DNA of 64,000 bases from Candidatus Desulfaltia sp. (GTDB lineage: Bacteria > Desulfobacterota > Desulfobacteria > Desulfobacterales > ETH-SRB1): positions 2,941 through 66,940 of the forward strand of contig JAUSPN010000101.1 in NCBI GenBank assembly GCA_030656555.1. Direction: 5' to 3'. A model generated the notes under the pieces. It was given only the letters and a program-made list of their open reading frames with translations. It was not told the DNA's origin and ran no database searches. The position numbers and the translations under genes were made by a program. Below are positions 8,098-20,443 of the stretch, in pieces (position 1 is the first letter of the stretch; the number at the start of each line of letters is the position of its first letter).

Positions 8098-9135
8098 ATG
8101 AATTGGGATTGGGACAAACTTAAGCAGCAACAACAGAATGTGGGCGGAGGCGGACTGCCGCCGAATGTAGAAGAATTTATAAAAAAAATTAAAGGGTTCA
8201 AATTGCCAGGCGGCCCGATTATTATTCTTATTCTAATCGCCCTGTTTTTTGGCTCTTCGATGTTTTATACTGTCGGAGTGGATGAGGTGGGTATTGTCCA
8301 GCGGTTTGGGAAATATATCCGTACCAGCCAACCGGGGCTTAATTTCAAGCTACCTTCAGGAATTGAAAAAATAACAAAAGTAAAGATAAAACGTGTCTAT
8401 AAAGAGGAATTCGGTTTCAGTTCACAAGGAAGAGACACTGGAGAACGTTTCCAAAAAGACAGTGAAAATGCAAACGTATCCCTTATGCTTACCGGAGATC
8501 TTAATGTGGGGCTGGTTCCATGGATTGTCCAGTACAGGATAAAGGATCCTTATGAATATATGTTCAAAGTACGAGATGTTCCTAAACTGCTCAAAGATAT
8601 GTCGGAAGCAGCAATGAGTCTTGTGGTGGGTGACAGGAGTATCAATGAGGTCATTACAAAACGGGAAGAAATTGCAATTGAAGCCAGGAACGTCCTGCAA
8701 AAAGAGATGGACAATGCAGAAGCCGGCATTAATATTGTAACAATAGAAATGAAAAAGACAAACGTTCCAGGGCCTGTGCAGTCATCGTTTAACGAAGTCA
8801 ACCAGGCAGTCCAGGAAAAGGAACAAATGATTTATAAAGCTAAGGAGGATTATAACAAGGCCATACCAGCAGCCATGGGTGAAGCGGAAAGAACCATCCA
8901 GGCGGCGGAAGGCTATGCTTTAGACAGGATAAACCGGGCTAAAGGTGATGCCGCAAGGTTTACGGCCGTTTATAACGAGTACATAAAAGCAAAGGATGTT
9001 ACTAAAAGGCGGCTTTATCTTGAAATGATACAGGAGCTGTTTCCAAAGCTTGGCCAGAAATATATTATAGATTCTGAACAAAAGAATTTTTTGCCTTTAC
9101 TTAATCTTGGAAAACAAAATGGTGCTCAAAAATGA
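8098..9135 (+). CDS. hflK: FtsH protease modulator HflK (SPFH/band 7)
   Basis: N-terminal TM segment, then VDEVGIVQRFGKYIRTSQPGLNFKLP; overlaps hflC by 4 nt. Confidence 0.85.
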   Translation: MNWDWDKLKQQQQNVGGGGLPPNVEEFIKKIKGFKLPGGPIIILILIALFFGSSMFYTVGVDEVGIVQRFGKYIRTSQPGLNFKLPSGIEKITKVKIKRVYKEEFGFSSQGRDTGERFQKDSENANVSLMLTGDLNVGLVPWIVQYRIKDPYEYMFKVRDVPKLLKDMSEAAMSLVVGDRSINEVITKREEIAIEARNVLQKEMDNAEAGINIVTIEMKKTNVPGPVQSSFNEVNQAVQEKEQMIYKAKEDYNKAIPAAMGEAERTIQAAEGYALDRINRAKGDAARFTAVYNEYIKAKDVTKRRLYLEMIQELFPKLGQKYIIDSEQKNFLPLLNLGKQNGAQK

Positions 9136-10076
9136 AATCTAAAGGTATAATTTTAATTGTCGCTGCAATTACGTTTTTTCTTGTTGTATTTGCTTCAGCT
9201 TATGCTGTTGACGAAACCGAGCAGGTAGTAGTCACTCAATTTGGGAAGGTAGTCGGCGTTCCAAAAACAGAACCAGGCCTTTACTTCAAGGTGCCTTTTA
9301 TCCAGCACGCCACATATTTTCCAAAAAATCTTTTGGCCTGGGATGGGGATCCAGGGCAGATACCGACTCTGGAAAAAACCTATATATGGGTTGACGCATT
9401 TGCCAGATGGAAAATTGTCGATCCCATCAAATTTTTTCAGACAGTAAACAACACTGTAAGTGCTCTGGGAAGGCTTGATGATATCATCGATCCGGCAGTA
9501 AGAAATTTTATAACTTCTTACAAGCTTATTGAAACCGCTCGCACGTCAAACAGAGAGATGGTGGCTTTTGAAACAGTCGCAGAAGATGAAAAGAAAAAGC
9601 AGCGCGACATATATTCCATTACTACGGGCAGGGAAAAGATATCAACAGGGATATTGGAACAGGCTCAACCTAAACTGGCTAAGTTTGGAATTGATCTCGT
9701 TGATGTTAAAATTAAACGCATTAATTATGTGGAACAGGTTAGAGAATCTGTTTATGGCAGAATGATTGCGGAACGCAGCCAGATAGCGGAAAAATTTCGT
9801 TCCGAAGGAATGGGGGAATCCCGAAAAATTCTTGGAAAAAAAGAGCGGGACTTGAAAAAGATAACATCGGAGGCTTACAGAACCGCCCAGGGAATAAAAG
9901 GAAAGGCCGATGCAGAGGCGACTAAATTATTTGCCGAAGCATTTGGAATAGACCCGAAGTTCTATTCATTTGTTAAGACCCTTGAAATTTATAATGAGGC
10001 GCTTGATGAAAACAGCTCCATTGTTCTTTCAACAGATTCAGAATTTCTTAAGTATCTTAAAGGAGATTTTAAATAG
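9132..10076 (+). CDS. hflC: FtsH protease modulator HflC (SPFH/band 7)
   Basis: VDETEQVVVTQFGKVVGVPKTEPGLYFKVPFIQ; position directly after hflK. Confidence 0.85.
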   Translation: MKSKGIILIVAAITFFLVVFASAYAVDETEQVVVTQFGKVVGVPKTEPGLYFKVPFIQHATYFPKNLLAWDGDPGQIPTLEKTYIWVDAFARWKIVDPIKFFQTVNNTVSALGRLDDIIDPAVRNFITSYKLIETARTSNREMVAFETVAEDEKKKQRDIYSITTGREKISTGILEQAQPKLAKFGIDLVDVKIKRINYVEQVRESVYGRMIAERSQIAEKFRSEGMGESRKILGKKERDLKKITSEAYRTAQGIKGKADAEATKLFAEAFGIDPKFYSFVKTLEIYNEALDENSSIVLSTDSEFLKYLKGDFK

Positions 10077-10093
10077 AGGTTTAGTTTGTCAGA

Positions 10094-10178
10094 GAATTTA
10101 AGGATTAAGGATTAAAAAAATATCGTGATTTGCCGCCTCTAATACCTTAATACTCTATTCCTTAATCCTTTAATCCTT
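10094..10178. repeat. Hairpin element with AAGGATT/AATCCTT word arms between convergent genes
   Basis: aatttaaggattaaggattaaaaa ... ccttaatactctattccttaatcctttaatcctta. Confidence 0.65.
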
Positions 10179-10275
10179 ATTTACCTTTTCTTCTCTGATG
10201 GCGTGTGCGTGCCAAAAGCTTTCTGTGCTTATGTCTTCGCATTTTCTTTCTACGTTTTTTAACTACACTGCTCAA
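10177..10275 (-). CDS. Unannotated 32-aa highly basic micro-protein resembling ribosomal protein bS22 (AURKAIP1/COX24-like)
   Basis: My translation: (TTG)MSSVVKKRRKKMRRHKHRKLLARTRHQRRKGK*. GGAGGTGA lies 4-7 nt upstream of two adjacent TTG codons. Too short for the ORF track. Confidence 0.5.
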   Translation of the reverse strand: MSSVVKKRRKKMRRHKHRKLLARTRHQRRKGK

Positions 10276-10485
10276 CAAATCACCTCCAATCATAATAATT
10301 GTATAAGTTTTATTTCTAACACTATTTATTGTTGTTTGTCTACAATTTTCTTGGCAAGTTAAATTTTATGAACTCATAGAAAATATAATTAGCACCGAAT
10401 ATAAAGCAAACACAAAGATAATGCTTTGCAATTACAATATTTTTTCCTCTGTGATCTCTGCGTGCTCAGTGGTGAAAGCGAATTT

Positions 10486-11025
10486 ATGATAAAACAACTG
10501 GAAAAGTTCAACCAGGATCAGCTCAAAGTAGTAAACAATTCAGTGGCAATGGCTGAGGAACTTATCAGCAACTTTTACAAGATGTCGGAAGCTCAGTGGC
10601 TTCACCGCAGGTATGATGTCAAAACTCTGGTTGATCTTTGCCACAATGAAACAACCGACGGGCCTTTTGCACAGATTGTCCGCTATAAAGGCCAACTAAA
10701 AGATACATCGCTCAGTTCGTCAACATATGATTTTTATAAAATATGCCTTCAGGACCATTCCATTCTTGCAGCATTAAAACAATCACCAGGCATGGAGCTT
10801 TTTCCATTTATACTATATATTGTAGCCCATGAATTAATTCATATTGTCAGGTTCAGCAAATTTATCCAGAGCTTTGATGCTTCATGCGAAGAAAAAAATA
10901 TGGAAGAAAAAAGGGTGCATGAAAAAACCCGTGAAATTTTAAGCTCTGTAAGAATTTCAGGGCTGGCAGATGTATTAAAGTTCTATAGTAAATGGCACAC
11001 AACCTTTGATGGGTTGCTAAACTGA
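10486..11025 (+). CDS. Hypothetical protein with an HExxH motif
   Basis: Track ORF 10426-11025; ATG at 10486 preferred (MIKQLEKF). Contains IVAHELIHIVRF. Confidence 0.45.
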   Translation: MIKQLEKFNQDQLKVVNNSVAMAEELISNFYKMSEAQWLHRRYDVKTLVDLCHNETTDGPFAQIVRYKGQLKDTSLSSSTYDFYKICLQDHSILAALKQSPGMELFPFILYIVAHELIHIVRFSKFIQSFDASCEEKNMEEKRVHEKTREILSSVRISGLADVLKFYSKWHTTFDGLLN

Positions 11026-11112
11026 TCAAAAAAAACTAATAGCCGTTGCTTGACAATAAAAAAACACTTACTATAATACAAAACAAAGCTTATATAAGGA
11101 GGTCATCAAACA

Positions 11113-11385
11113 ATGCCGGTTTATGAATATGAATGCGCTCAGTGTGGCGAAGTTGAAGAGGTAATACAAAATTTCTCTGACAAACCACTAACTAAATGCA
11201 GACATTGTGCTGGAAAGCTTCAAAAACTTATCTCACAAAGCACTTTTCATCTAAAAGGAACAGGCTGGTATGTGACAGACTATTCACACAAATCCCAAGA
11301 CTCTTCTGCTCCATGCAAAGCAAAAGACAAGGCATCGACTTCAAAAACCGACAAACCAGCTGAATCAGCCAAAAAAGATGATTAA
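11113..11385 (+). CDS. FmdB-family zinc-ribbon protein
   Basis: MPVYEYECAQCGEVEEV...CRHCAGKLQKLIS (CxxC...CxxC); AAGGAGG RBS upstream. Confidence 0.75.
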   Translation: MPVYEYECAQCGEVEEVIQNFSDKPLTKCRHCAGKLQKLISQSTFHLKGTGWYVTDYSHKSQDSSAPCKAKDKASTSKTDKPAESAKKDD

Positions 11386-11578
11386 AAATGGCGATTTTTT
11401 ATAATTCGTCTTATTTTTGGCCTTTTAAAAAATTAAATTTATTGCTCTTTACAAATTTAAATCTGTAACTATTTTATTAAAGATATAAACACAGGGTTTT
11501 TTGCAAAAAATCAAACCTAGAGATTTGGTGTAAATGATTTTGATAATTCGTGAAAAGAAAAAAAGGAGATTACAACCA

Positions 11579-11869
11579 ATGAAACTCAGACCATTACAAG
11601 ATCGAATTTTAGTACAACGCGTTGAAGAAGAAACCACCACCAGGGGAGGAATTATCATTCCCGACACAGCCAAGGAAAAACCGATAGAGGGAAAGGTTAT
11701 TGCTGTCGGTAAAGGCAAAACAGGTGATGATGGCAAGAGAATCGCTCTTGAGATAAAGAAGGATGACAAAATTCTATTCAGCAAGTATGGCGGCACAGAG
11801 GTGAAGATTGACGGCGAAGAATATCTCATCATGCGTGAAGATGATGTTCTTGGAATAATCGAAAAATAA
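11579..11869 (+). CDS. groES: Co-chaperonin GroES
   Basis: [35 protein letters not shown]; ATG at 11579 preceded by AAAGGAGA. The track ORF begins earlier, at 11534. Confidence 0.95.
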   Translation: MKLRPLQDRILVQRVEEETTTRGGIIIPDTAKEKPIEGKVIAVGKGKTGDDGKRIALEIKKDDKILFSKYGGTEVKIDGEEYLIMREDDVLGIIEK

Positions 11870-11874
11870 ATTGA

Positions 11875-13551
<1,677 letters not shown>

Positions 13552-13588
13552 AATAAAGCCGTCTTTATAACGATACCAATCATCTTAA

Positions 13589-13636
13589 AACGAAGAAAGC
13601 CCTCTTGCTGTTACAGCATGAGGGCTTTCTTCGTTG
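13589..13636 (+). terminator. Stem-loop after groEL
   Basis: aacgaagaaagccctc - loop - gagggctttcttcgtt (16-bp perfect stem). No clean T-run follows. Confidence 0.5.
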
Positions 13637-13743
13637 AAAACCTTGACAAACAAATAACAGGAAGGATATAAAATTAAAAATCTACATGCTGGATCAGGCT
13701 GAAAACTAAATAAACAAGCCAACATCAAATATCGGAGCAACCC

Positions 13744-14781
13744 ATGAATTATAATAAAATTATAAAAGCAATTATCTGCCTATGCATATTTATAGCAATA
13801 ATTGCCTGCCCCTTATATCTTTTTGCTGAAGATGAAAAGGGGATCGAACATGAGACAGGCTTTTATTATACTATTCAAAAGGGAGACACACTCTGGGATA
13901 TTTCGCAGCGATTCTTTGATTCACCATGGCAGTGGCCTGATTTGTGGGAAAAAAACAGCCAGGTTTCCAATCCCCATCTGGTTTATCCGGGCGAAAGGAT
14001 ACGCCTGTTTCATAAAGGATGGATGAAAATAACCGTTAAAACAGATGTGACTGAAAAATCCTTGCAAGAAAAAAAGCCGCAAAAAGAACTTCCATATCTT
14101 CTTTATACTGCAATTGACAAAATAGGTTTTATCAAAAAAGAACCTGTTGCCCCCTCAGGATATATATTCAAGTCATATAACGATAAAATTATTATCAGTC
14201 ATGGAGATAAGGTTTACATAAGGCAAAGCAATAACGCATCACTTATTCCAGGACAAAAATATACAATATATAGAACCATAGAACATGCAATAAATAAAAA
14301 AACAAAGGATCCTGTTGGATTCCAGCACCATCTTACAGGCATACTTGAAATCACAGAAAAGCATCCTGATTTTTCCGTAGCAAAGGTTGTTCAATCTTTT
14401 CGATCTATTGCAGTTAATGATCTTTTAATGCCATATCAGCCGCTGTCAAAGAAAATATTAATTACCGAGAGCAAAAAAGGGCTTGAAGGATCAATTATAG
14501 GCTCGGAAGAAAAAGCAACCATCATCGGAGACAGCGCAATAGCCTTTATTGACAGGGGGAGTTCGGACGGCGTAATGCCGGGGCAGTACTACAGTATATA
14601 TTACCAGGAAAAAAAGCGGCTCGATCCCAAAAGTAAAAAATATACCCTTCTTTCGGTTGTAGATTTTGGAACATTGTTTGTCCTGCGCACCGAACAGGCC
14701 ACATCTACGGTTCTTATTACAAGGTCGGATAAAAGCATTACTCCGGGCACTAAAATCTGCAGCCCTTTACCTAAAAAATGA
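13744..14781 (+). CDS. Secreted LysM-domain protein
   Basis: Signal-like N-terminus; YYTIQKGDTLWDISQRFFDSPWQWPDLWEKNSQVSNPHLVYPGERIRLF. Confidence 0.7.
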   Translation: MNYNKIIKAIICLCIFIAIIACPLYLFAEDEKGIEHETGFYYTIQKGDTLWDISQRFFDSPWQWPDLWEKNSQVSNPHLVYPGERIRLFHKGWMKITVKTDVTEKSLQEKKPQKELPYLLYTAIDKIGFIKKEPVAPSGYIFKSYNDKIIISHGDKVYIRQSNNASLIPGQKYTIYRTIEHAINKKTKDPVGFQHHLTGILEITEKHPDFSVAKVVQSFRSIAVNDLLMPYQPLSKKILITESKKGLEGSIIGSEEKATIIGDSAIAFIDRGSSDGVMPGQYYSIYYQEKKRLDPKSKKYTLLSVVDFGTLFVLRTEQATSTVLITRSDKSITPGTKICSPLPKK

Positions 14782-14934
14782 GGCCATTAAAGCTGATGAC
14801 TTCGCAAAAAATCAAAAACACATGCTTTTGTCATTCCAGCGAAGCTTGTTCTCAACTCAGATCGGGGAACAGAAATCAAGACAATTTGCGTACCAAAACA
14901 TTTACCATGCAAATTTCGGAGGAAGAGTTTTAAG

Positions 14935-17502
14935 ATGAATTTTGAGAAGTTGTTTGGGAAGAATTCCCTTAAAAATAAAAATCTTCATTATAAGCTCATT
15001 ATAATATTTGGCCTCTTTTTTCTGTTTCCTGTACTGGGATTTGTTATGTTTGGAATCAGATATAACTTAATGAATGACGAATATGTTTTGCTGTTTTTTC
15101 TGGGCGTTTTCGTTTTTTCATTGTTAGGATATATAATGCTAAAGAATGTGTTTGGTCAGATAGCGGATATATCCAAAAATATTTCTCAGAAAAGTATTGC
15201 ACGGATAGGAGGAGAAATTCAACCGGGCACGGATGAAATACATAGCCTTATCCAATCTTTTAACTCAATCGAGAATCAATTCAGTAAGACTTTCGAGCAG
15301 CTTCAAAAGAAGTCTTCTGAAATATCAATACTAAAGGAGCTTTCCGAACTTTGCTATGTTACATTTGATCCAACTGAAATCCTTTATATCACCCTGGAGC
15401 GTTCCCTGGCATTAACTGTTTCAGACGTGGGTTCAGTCATGATTTTGGATCGTTACAGCGACTCGTTTATTGTTAAGTCGACCATTGGAGCAGGAGAATA
15501 CATCAAGATAGATGACAGGGTTGATTTTAATACAAGCATCGCTAAGTATGCTGTAATCAATAAATCGCCTATTGTGGTTGAAGATATTGAAAAGGATACC
15601 CGGTTCGGAAGGGCAAACCGTCCTCAATATGCCTCGAAATCCTTCGTTTGTATGCCGATCAAAACCAGCAAAGAGATTGTCGGAGTGCTTACAATTTCGC
15701 ATAGAAATAATGATAAAATTTATACGCAGAACGACGTGGATGTTTTGACTCCCCTTTTGAGCAACGCTGCTTTCACATATGAAAACCTCAGTCTTTTGAA
15801 GTATAATGAAAAGGGAGAGCTCGTTCTAAGGGCAGTTGAGAAAATCTTCAAGATAATGAACTCAAGTCTCAGGGACAGTGAACTTTTACATGCTATTATA
15901 AATGAGATTCAAGCCGTTGTTCCGTTTAGTATGGCTCTGGTGATAACCATAGTTGAAAACATTTCTGATCAGATAAAAATTATTGATTTGCTGGTCAATG
16001 AGCCAACAGATATTACCCAAAAAGCCTTTTATCAATACCAGCAGGGTAGTGTCATTGATAAGATTCTGAAACAGGGAAACACTCTTATTGTAGATGATAC
16101 CAGTGTGCTTTCTAGTGAGATTGAGAAAAAACTCTTTGTGAATCAGGGTTTCAAGTCATGCATTCTTGCGCCATTGAAGATAAACGGTGTTATGAATGGA
16201 TTGGTTGCGTTAACTGCGGAAGAGTCGGTTGTGTTTTATGATAACAAGCAGCTGATAGAATGGATGGCGAATGCGCTTTCTATTGCCATAGAGCGCAACA
16301 GGTTGTCTAAATCTGTTGCTAAACACAATAAAGAATTGGATTCGATCAAACAAATTGGAAGCGCTCTTGCTTCATCAACTTTTGACATGAACAAGGTTCT
16401 TAAGTATACAATGGATATGATTCAAGTAATCATGAACGTTGAAGCGGGTACTCTATTTCTTGTGAAGGAAAACGAGCTTGAGTTTGCTGTTGGATTTAAT
16501 ATTGAACTTGAATCTATGAACAATCTGAAAAATTTGCGACTTAAAATGGGTCAGGGAGTTGCAGGTTATGCGGCGACACGGGGAGAATCTATCATTATGA
16601 ATGATACACACAAGTCACCGCACTTTGATCCTAGTGTAGACAAAACTATAGGTTTTAAGACGTTGTCGGCATTATGTGTGCCTATGATTTCTCAGGGAAG
16701 AGTTATCGGGGTTCTTGAAGTTCTCAATAAAATTAAGGGGGATTTTGACTCCAACGATGAGGATCTGCTGCAGTCTATAGCATCATCGGTAAGTATTGCC
16801 ATTGAAAATGCCCGGCTTTACAAGGAAACCGTCTCAATGGCCGAGCATGAGCGTGGTATCAGGAGCGTTTTTCAGAAATTTGTACCCAAGTATGTAGTCG
16901 ATAAGATCATCCACAATTCAGAAACAGGAAGGGAAATGGCTGAAGAGGTAAAGACTCTTACCATGCTGAATGTTGATATCAGGGGATTTTCAGGGCTTTC
17001 AGTAAAAATCGGAGCTCAGAAAACAGTTTCTCTGCTCAATCATTTCTTTTCCGTTATGGGAGGCATAGTCTTCAAATATCAAGGTATTGTTGACAAGTAT
17101 CTGGGTGATGGGCTGCTGGCGCTTTTCGGAGCGCCTGTCTCAAGCACTATGGATTCAGATAATGCTGTGCTGGCAGCGCTTGAAATGAAAAGCTCGCTTG
17201 CAACTATAAATGATTATTTTACCAGGGAATTTGACGCTTCTATAATCATAGGTATAAGTGTTCATACTGGTGAAGTAGTTGTAGGCAATTTCGGTTTTGA
17301 TATGAAAATGGATTATACTGTTATCGGCGATTCTGTGAATGATGTATTTAAGCTTCAGGAACTTACCAAATCCATTCCGAACGGTATTTTGATTAGTGAA
17401 AAAACCCGCCATTCCGCACGGTCACGCCTGAAACTGCGTGATGTTGATGACAGACTCGGAGACATGAAGATATACGAACTGCTGTGCTATAAAACGGATT
17501 AA
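14935..17502 (+). CDS. Membrane-anchored multi-GAF class III adenylate/guanylate cyclase
   Basis: Two N-terminal hydrophobic segments, several GAF-like blocks, and C-terminal LTMLNVDIRGFSGL...VDKYLGDGLLALFGAP...GISVHTGEVVVGNFG. Confidence 0.8.
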   Translation: MNFEKLFGKNSLKNKNLHYKLIIIFGLFFLFPVLGFVMFGIRYNLMNDEYVLLFFLGVFVFSLLGYIMLKNVFGQIADISKNISQKSIARIGGEIQPGTDEIHSLIQSFNSIENQFSKTFEQLQKKSSEISILKELSELCYVTFDPTEILYITLERSLALTVSDVGSVMILDRYSDSFIVKSTIGAGEYIKIDDRVDFNTSIAKYAVINKSPIVVEDIEKDTRFGRANRPQYASKSFVCMPIKTSKEIVGVLTISHRNNDKIYTQNDVDVLTPLLSNAAFTYENLSLLKYNEKGELVLRAVEKIFKIMNSSLRDSELLHAIINEIQAVVPFSMALVITIVENISDQIKIIDLLVNEPTDITQKAFYQYQQGSVIDKILKQGNTLIVDDTSVLSSEIEKKLFVNQGFKSCILAPLKINGVMNGLVALTAEESVVFYDNKQLIEWMANALSIAIERNRLSKSVAKHNKELDSIKQIGSALASSTFDMNKVLKYTMDMIQVIMNVEAGTLFLVKENELEFAVGFNIELESMNNLKNLRLKMGQGVAGYAATRGESIIMNDTHKSPHFDPSVDKTIGFKTLSALCVPMISQGRVIGVLEVLNKIKGDFDSNDEDLLQSIASSVSIAIENARLYKETVSMAEHERGIRSVFQKFVPKYVVDKIIHNSETGREMAEEVKTLTMLNVDIRGFSGLSVKIGAQKTVSLLNHFFSVMGGIVFKYQGIVDKYLGDGLLALFGAPVSSTMDSDNAVLAALEMKSSLATINDYFTREFDASIIIGISVHTGEVVVGNFGFDMKMDYTVIGDSVNDVFKLQELTKSIPNGILISEKTRHSARSRLKLRDVDDRLGDMKIYELLCYKTD

Positions 17503-17560
17503 TTAGTCTGGTTGTAACCCTTCACGGAGTGATGAAGTGATGGGATGATTGGAGGATCTT

Positions 17561-18109
17561 ATGAAAAAGTTTATTCTAATAATTGTAACCATCACCTTTT
17601 TCATATATCCCTCTATCTGCCTTTCCTCTTATCTTATAGAGTTAAAAAACGGCTCTACATTTATAACTAACCACTATTGGAAGGAAGGGCGGCAGATAAG
17701 GTTCTACTATCGCGGCGGAGTCGTGGGGATCAGCAAAAACTTAATCAGAAAAATAGAAGAAGCAGATATGGTTTACGAAGAAAAGGCGGTTTCTTCTGAA
17801 AAAAAGCCTGAAACAGCTCCGGTTAAGGCTAAGCCAGAGGATGACGCAAAGACTGAAGAAACACGGGACGCCGGAGCTGCAGTAAAGAAAGACGATCTGT
17901 TTATAAAAGAATTTAATGCACTTAAGAAAAGATTCGAAAATATCGAAAGCACACCAACACCTGAACTTTATGAGTTTTCGAAAGATTTAACCAACTTCAG
18001 AGATAAAATACACAAAAGCCGGTTAGGTCATGTTTATGTGAACCAGATCTACGAAATCCACGCAATGGGCGATGAACTGGAAACTGTCATTAAGTCGAGG
18101 GGTCAATAG
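17561..18109 (+). CDS. Hypothetical secreted protein
   Basis: MKKFILIIVTITFFIYPSICLSS signal-like N-terminus and a charged middle. No recognisable domain. Confidence 0.4.
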   Translation: MKKFILIIVTITFFIYPSICLSSYLIELKNGSTFITNHYWKEGRQIRFYYRGGVVGISKNLIRKIEEADMVYEEKAVSSEKKPETAPVKAKPEDDAKTEETRDAGAAVKKDDLFIKEFNALKKRFENIESTPTPELYEFSKDLTNFRDKIHKSRLGHVYVNQIYEIHAMGDELETVIKSRGQ

Positions 18110-19410
18110 GATTCCTTCCATCTGATGATGTCCAATGACTGGTTATTCAAGGAATTGTCCACCATGCAACTGTCATATTTTATGTCTATTCCGCCGTTAA
18201 TATCAACGGTTTGGTTCGCAAGTACAGCGCCCTTAATATTTATGCCCAACCCGCCTCCGTTAAAGACCAGTGTGCCTGTAACAAGGATAAGTCCGTTCCA
18301 GCTGAATCCTCCCCCCAGCGTTAAATCGCCTTCTACCAGAAGAGTTCCGTAGCCGGTCGCATTCGAAAGCTTCAGGCCCTGCACATTAAAAGGATTCGAA
18401 GTATCAGAATAGCAGGTAACAAAATTGCCGGCATCTCCGTAGTTTGCGCCACTCGTGTCTGCTGTTATTGTCTCGGTGGCAGAAGCCTTTAGGTCGTTAA
18501 CGTAAGCTGCAATGTCAATACTGTCTGTTCCCTGTTGAGGTGTCACAGGATTTCCCAAGAATGTTGGGCTGCCACTTGTGTTTGTTGTAGATAGGGTCAG
18601 TGTATAAATAGGTGGCTTGGCAGGAGCTGCGCCGCAGTTATCGTTTCCGTCAACACTCAGAGCGCTGCCGTTGCCCGTAACATCACCCTTTGCATACAGA
18701 GCGGAATTTACCAGAGGACCAGGATTTTTAACCACCTCAAGCTCTACTGTTTTAAGGCTGTTGCTGCTTTGTCCATAACCTGTTATGATCTCAACCGGTT
18801 TGTGCTCTATTGCTCCCGATGTTGTAAACTGGACCGCAGTTGTGGGCTGAGAGGGGTCTCCATAACCGTAATAAACAATATTTCCCGGTGCAGAAGCAGG
18901 ATTGGTTCCTGTATTCCCGTCACCATCATAGTAGTGTGGTGACGAGGTTGTATGCCCGGCCTGTTCAGCATCATGCTCTCTTTTGTGCCTGATTTTAACG
19001 AAATATGAGATATCTGTCTGAAGGCTGTTTACCGTTATGGCCGTGTTGGTGTGGGAAGTCGGAGTTGGAATATAGTTGTCATAATTTGTGTCATAGCCCG
19101 GATCATCGGATGTCTGCCATGAACCTGATGTTAATATGTAAGCAGACCACCATTCGTCATAAGAAGAGGGGTCTCCCGCATAATTGCCAGCCGTGGAGGA
19201 TCCCTTAAGCCGCGCCCTCGCCTCTTCTATCCCTGCTTCCGCCGCATAAAATGCCTGTTCGCTGGCCCTGTAATTGCTGCCGATTTTAAGGTCTGTTGTT
19301 GTTACTATAACCGCAGTGGTTCCCAGAATCGCTATAATAGCCAGAAACATAAGCCCGAGAGGAAGAACCATTCCTTTTTCATTTTTATGTATTAAGCGTA
19401 TATCTGACAT
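18103..19410 (-). CDS. PilX-like minor pilin / pilus assembly protein
   Basis: N-terminal TM segment, then TTTDLKIGSNYRASEQAFYAAEAGIEEARARL (PilX_N-like); last gene of the pilin operon. Confidence 0.6.
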   Translation of the reverse strand: MSDIRLIHKNEKGMVLPLGLMFLAIIAILGTTAVIVTTTDLKIGSNYRASEQAFYAAEAGIEEARARLKGSSTAGNYAGDPSSYDEWWSAYILTSGSWQTSDDPGYDTNYDNYIPTPTSHTNTAITVNSLQTDISYFVKIRHKREHDAEQAGHTTSSPHYYDGDGNTGTNPASAPGNIVYYGYGDPSQPTTAVQFTTSGAIEHKPVEIITGYGQSSNSLKTVELEVVKNPGPLVNSALYAKGDVTGNGSALSVDGNDNCGAAPAKPPIYTLTLSTTNTSGSPTFLGNPVTPQQGTDSIDIAAYVNDLKASATETITADTSGANYGDAGNFVTCYSDTSNPFNVQGLKLSNATGYGTLLVEGDLTLGGGFSWNGLILVTGTLVFNGGGLGINIKGAVLANQTVDINGGIDIKYDSCMVDNSLNNQSLDIIRWKESY

Positions 19411-19448
19411 TTGAACTGCCTTTATTGAACTGGAGATCTACACCCTTT

Positions 19449-20042
19449 TTATAAATTAAGATTTCTCGGCGTTATCAAAGAAGTTAAAGTGTGTGTCCTG
19501 TATCCGCCATAATCAGCATCTGCTTTGGATGTCCTGGCAGTTATTGTAATCTTTATCTGTCGGATATCGCCATTTTCGGCAGATGTAGTTACTTCCGTCA
19601 CGCCATCAGCTTTCAGGTAAACAAAGGTAAATGATTGGATGTTTTCGGCAAATGGCTGGTCGCCAGAACCGATATTCCTGTCAATCTGAAGATCTGTGGC
19701 ATCATAGATATATATGATATTTTCTTGACCCGTAATATTACCATCACCATCCAGGTCTGCGCGTATCTGAAGCTGACCGGCATTATACGGAATACCATCA
19801 AAAGTTGCGCCTGCTGGATCATATCCCGCCATCCTGATCTCTCTGGTCATCATATCCATAGTAGCTCTTGCTGTTTGCACCATCTCGACAATCTGTTCCT
19901 GAACGTCATAGATTTTGCGCTGCATAAGGAAAGTGCTCGACAATGCCGCCAGGATAATCAAACCTATTGCCATGGCAATCAGCAGTTCTACCAGGGTAAA
20001 CCCGCTTTCTTTATTTTTAGACAAATAATACAATAGCCTCAC
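19449..20042 (-). CDS. PilW-like prepilin-type minor pilin
   Basis: GFTLVELLIAMAIGLIILAAL N-terminal cleavage/methylation motif. Confidence 0.7.
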   Translation of the reverse strand: MRLLYYLSKNKESGFTLVELLIAMAIGLIILAALSSTFLMQRKIYDVQEQIVEMVQTARATMDMMTREIRMAGYDPAGATFDGIPYNAGQLQIRADLDGDGNITGQENIIYIYDATDLQIDRNIGSGDQPFAENIQSFTFVYLKADGVTEVTTSAENGDIRQIKITITARTSKADADYGGYRTHTLTSLITPRNLNL

Positions 20043-20443
20043 TCCGCAAGGATCGTCTTTAAAACAACCGAATGGTCATCAGAATCCCAATATACTGTAA
20101 CAGTTATCTTCTTCATGCCTGCCGCTGGATCACCGGCAGCTACGTCTGTGATTCTTTTGTATAAAGTATAATCTGAAATGGTATTATAGTCTTCTGTATC
20201 GTCTGCTGCGCCGGCATATCCTGTCCTTTTGATATCTTCCATCTTATCCTGCGCCAGAACTGTGGCAGTGCTAATCCTGTTGCTTAGCTTGTTGCTGTTA
20301 ATTATCCCTGCTATCAGAGCTGCCATTCCAAGCAGTCCCACTGTCAAAATAACCATGGCGACCAGAACTTCCATCAGGGTAAAACCACTATTATTATCGC
20401 GTAATTTGCGCATTAAAGAAGTTTTTCCTTTTAAAATTGCCAT
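20039..20443 (-). CDS. PilV-like prepilin-type minor pilin
   Basis: GFTLMEVLVAMVILTVGLLGMAAL; 4-nt overlap with neighbours. Confidence 0.7.
   Translation of the reverse strand: MAILKGKTSLMRKLRDNNSGFTLMEVLVAMVILTVGLLGMAALIAGIINSNKLSNRISTATVLAQDKMEDIKRTGYAGAADDTEDYNTISDYTLYKRITDVAAGDPAAGMKKITVTVYWDSDDHSVVLKTILAE

Noticed and set aside
11386-11578. CIRCE (HrcA) operator upstream of groES
   Set aside because: No TTAGCACTC-N9-GAGTGCTAA-like inverted repeat is present in the upstream region.
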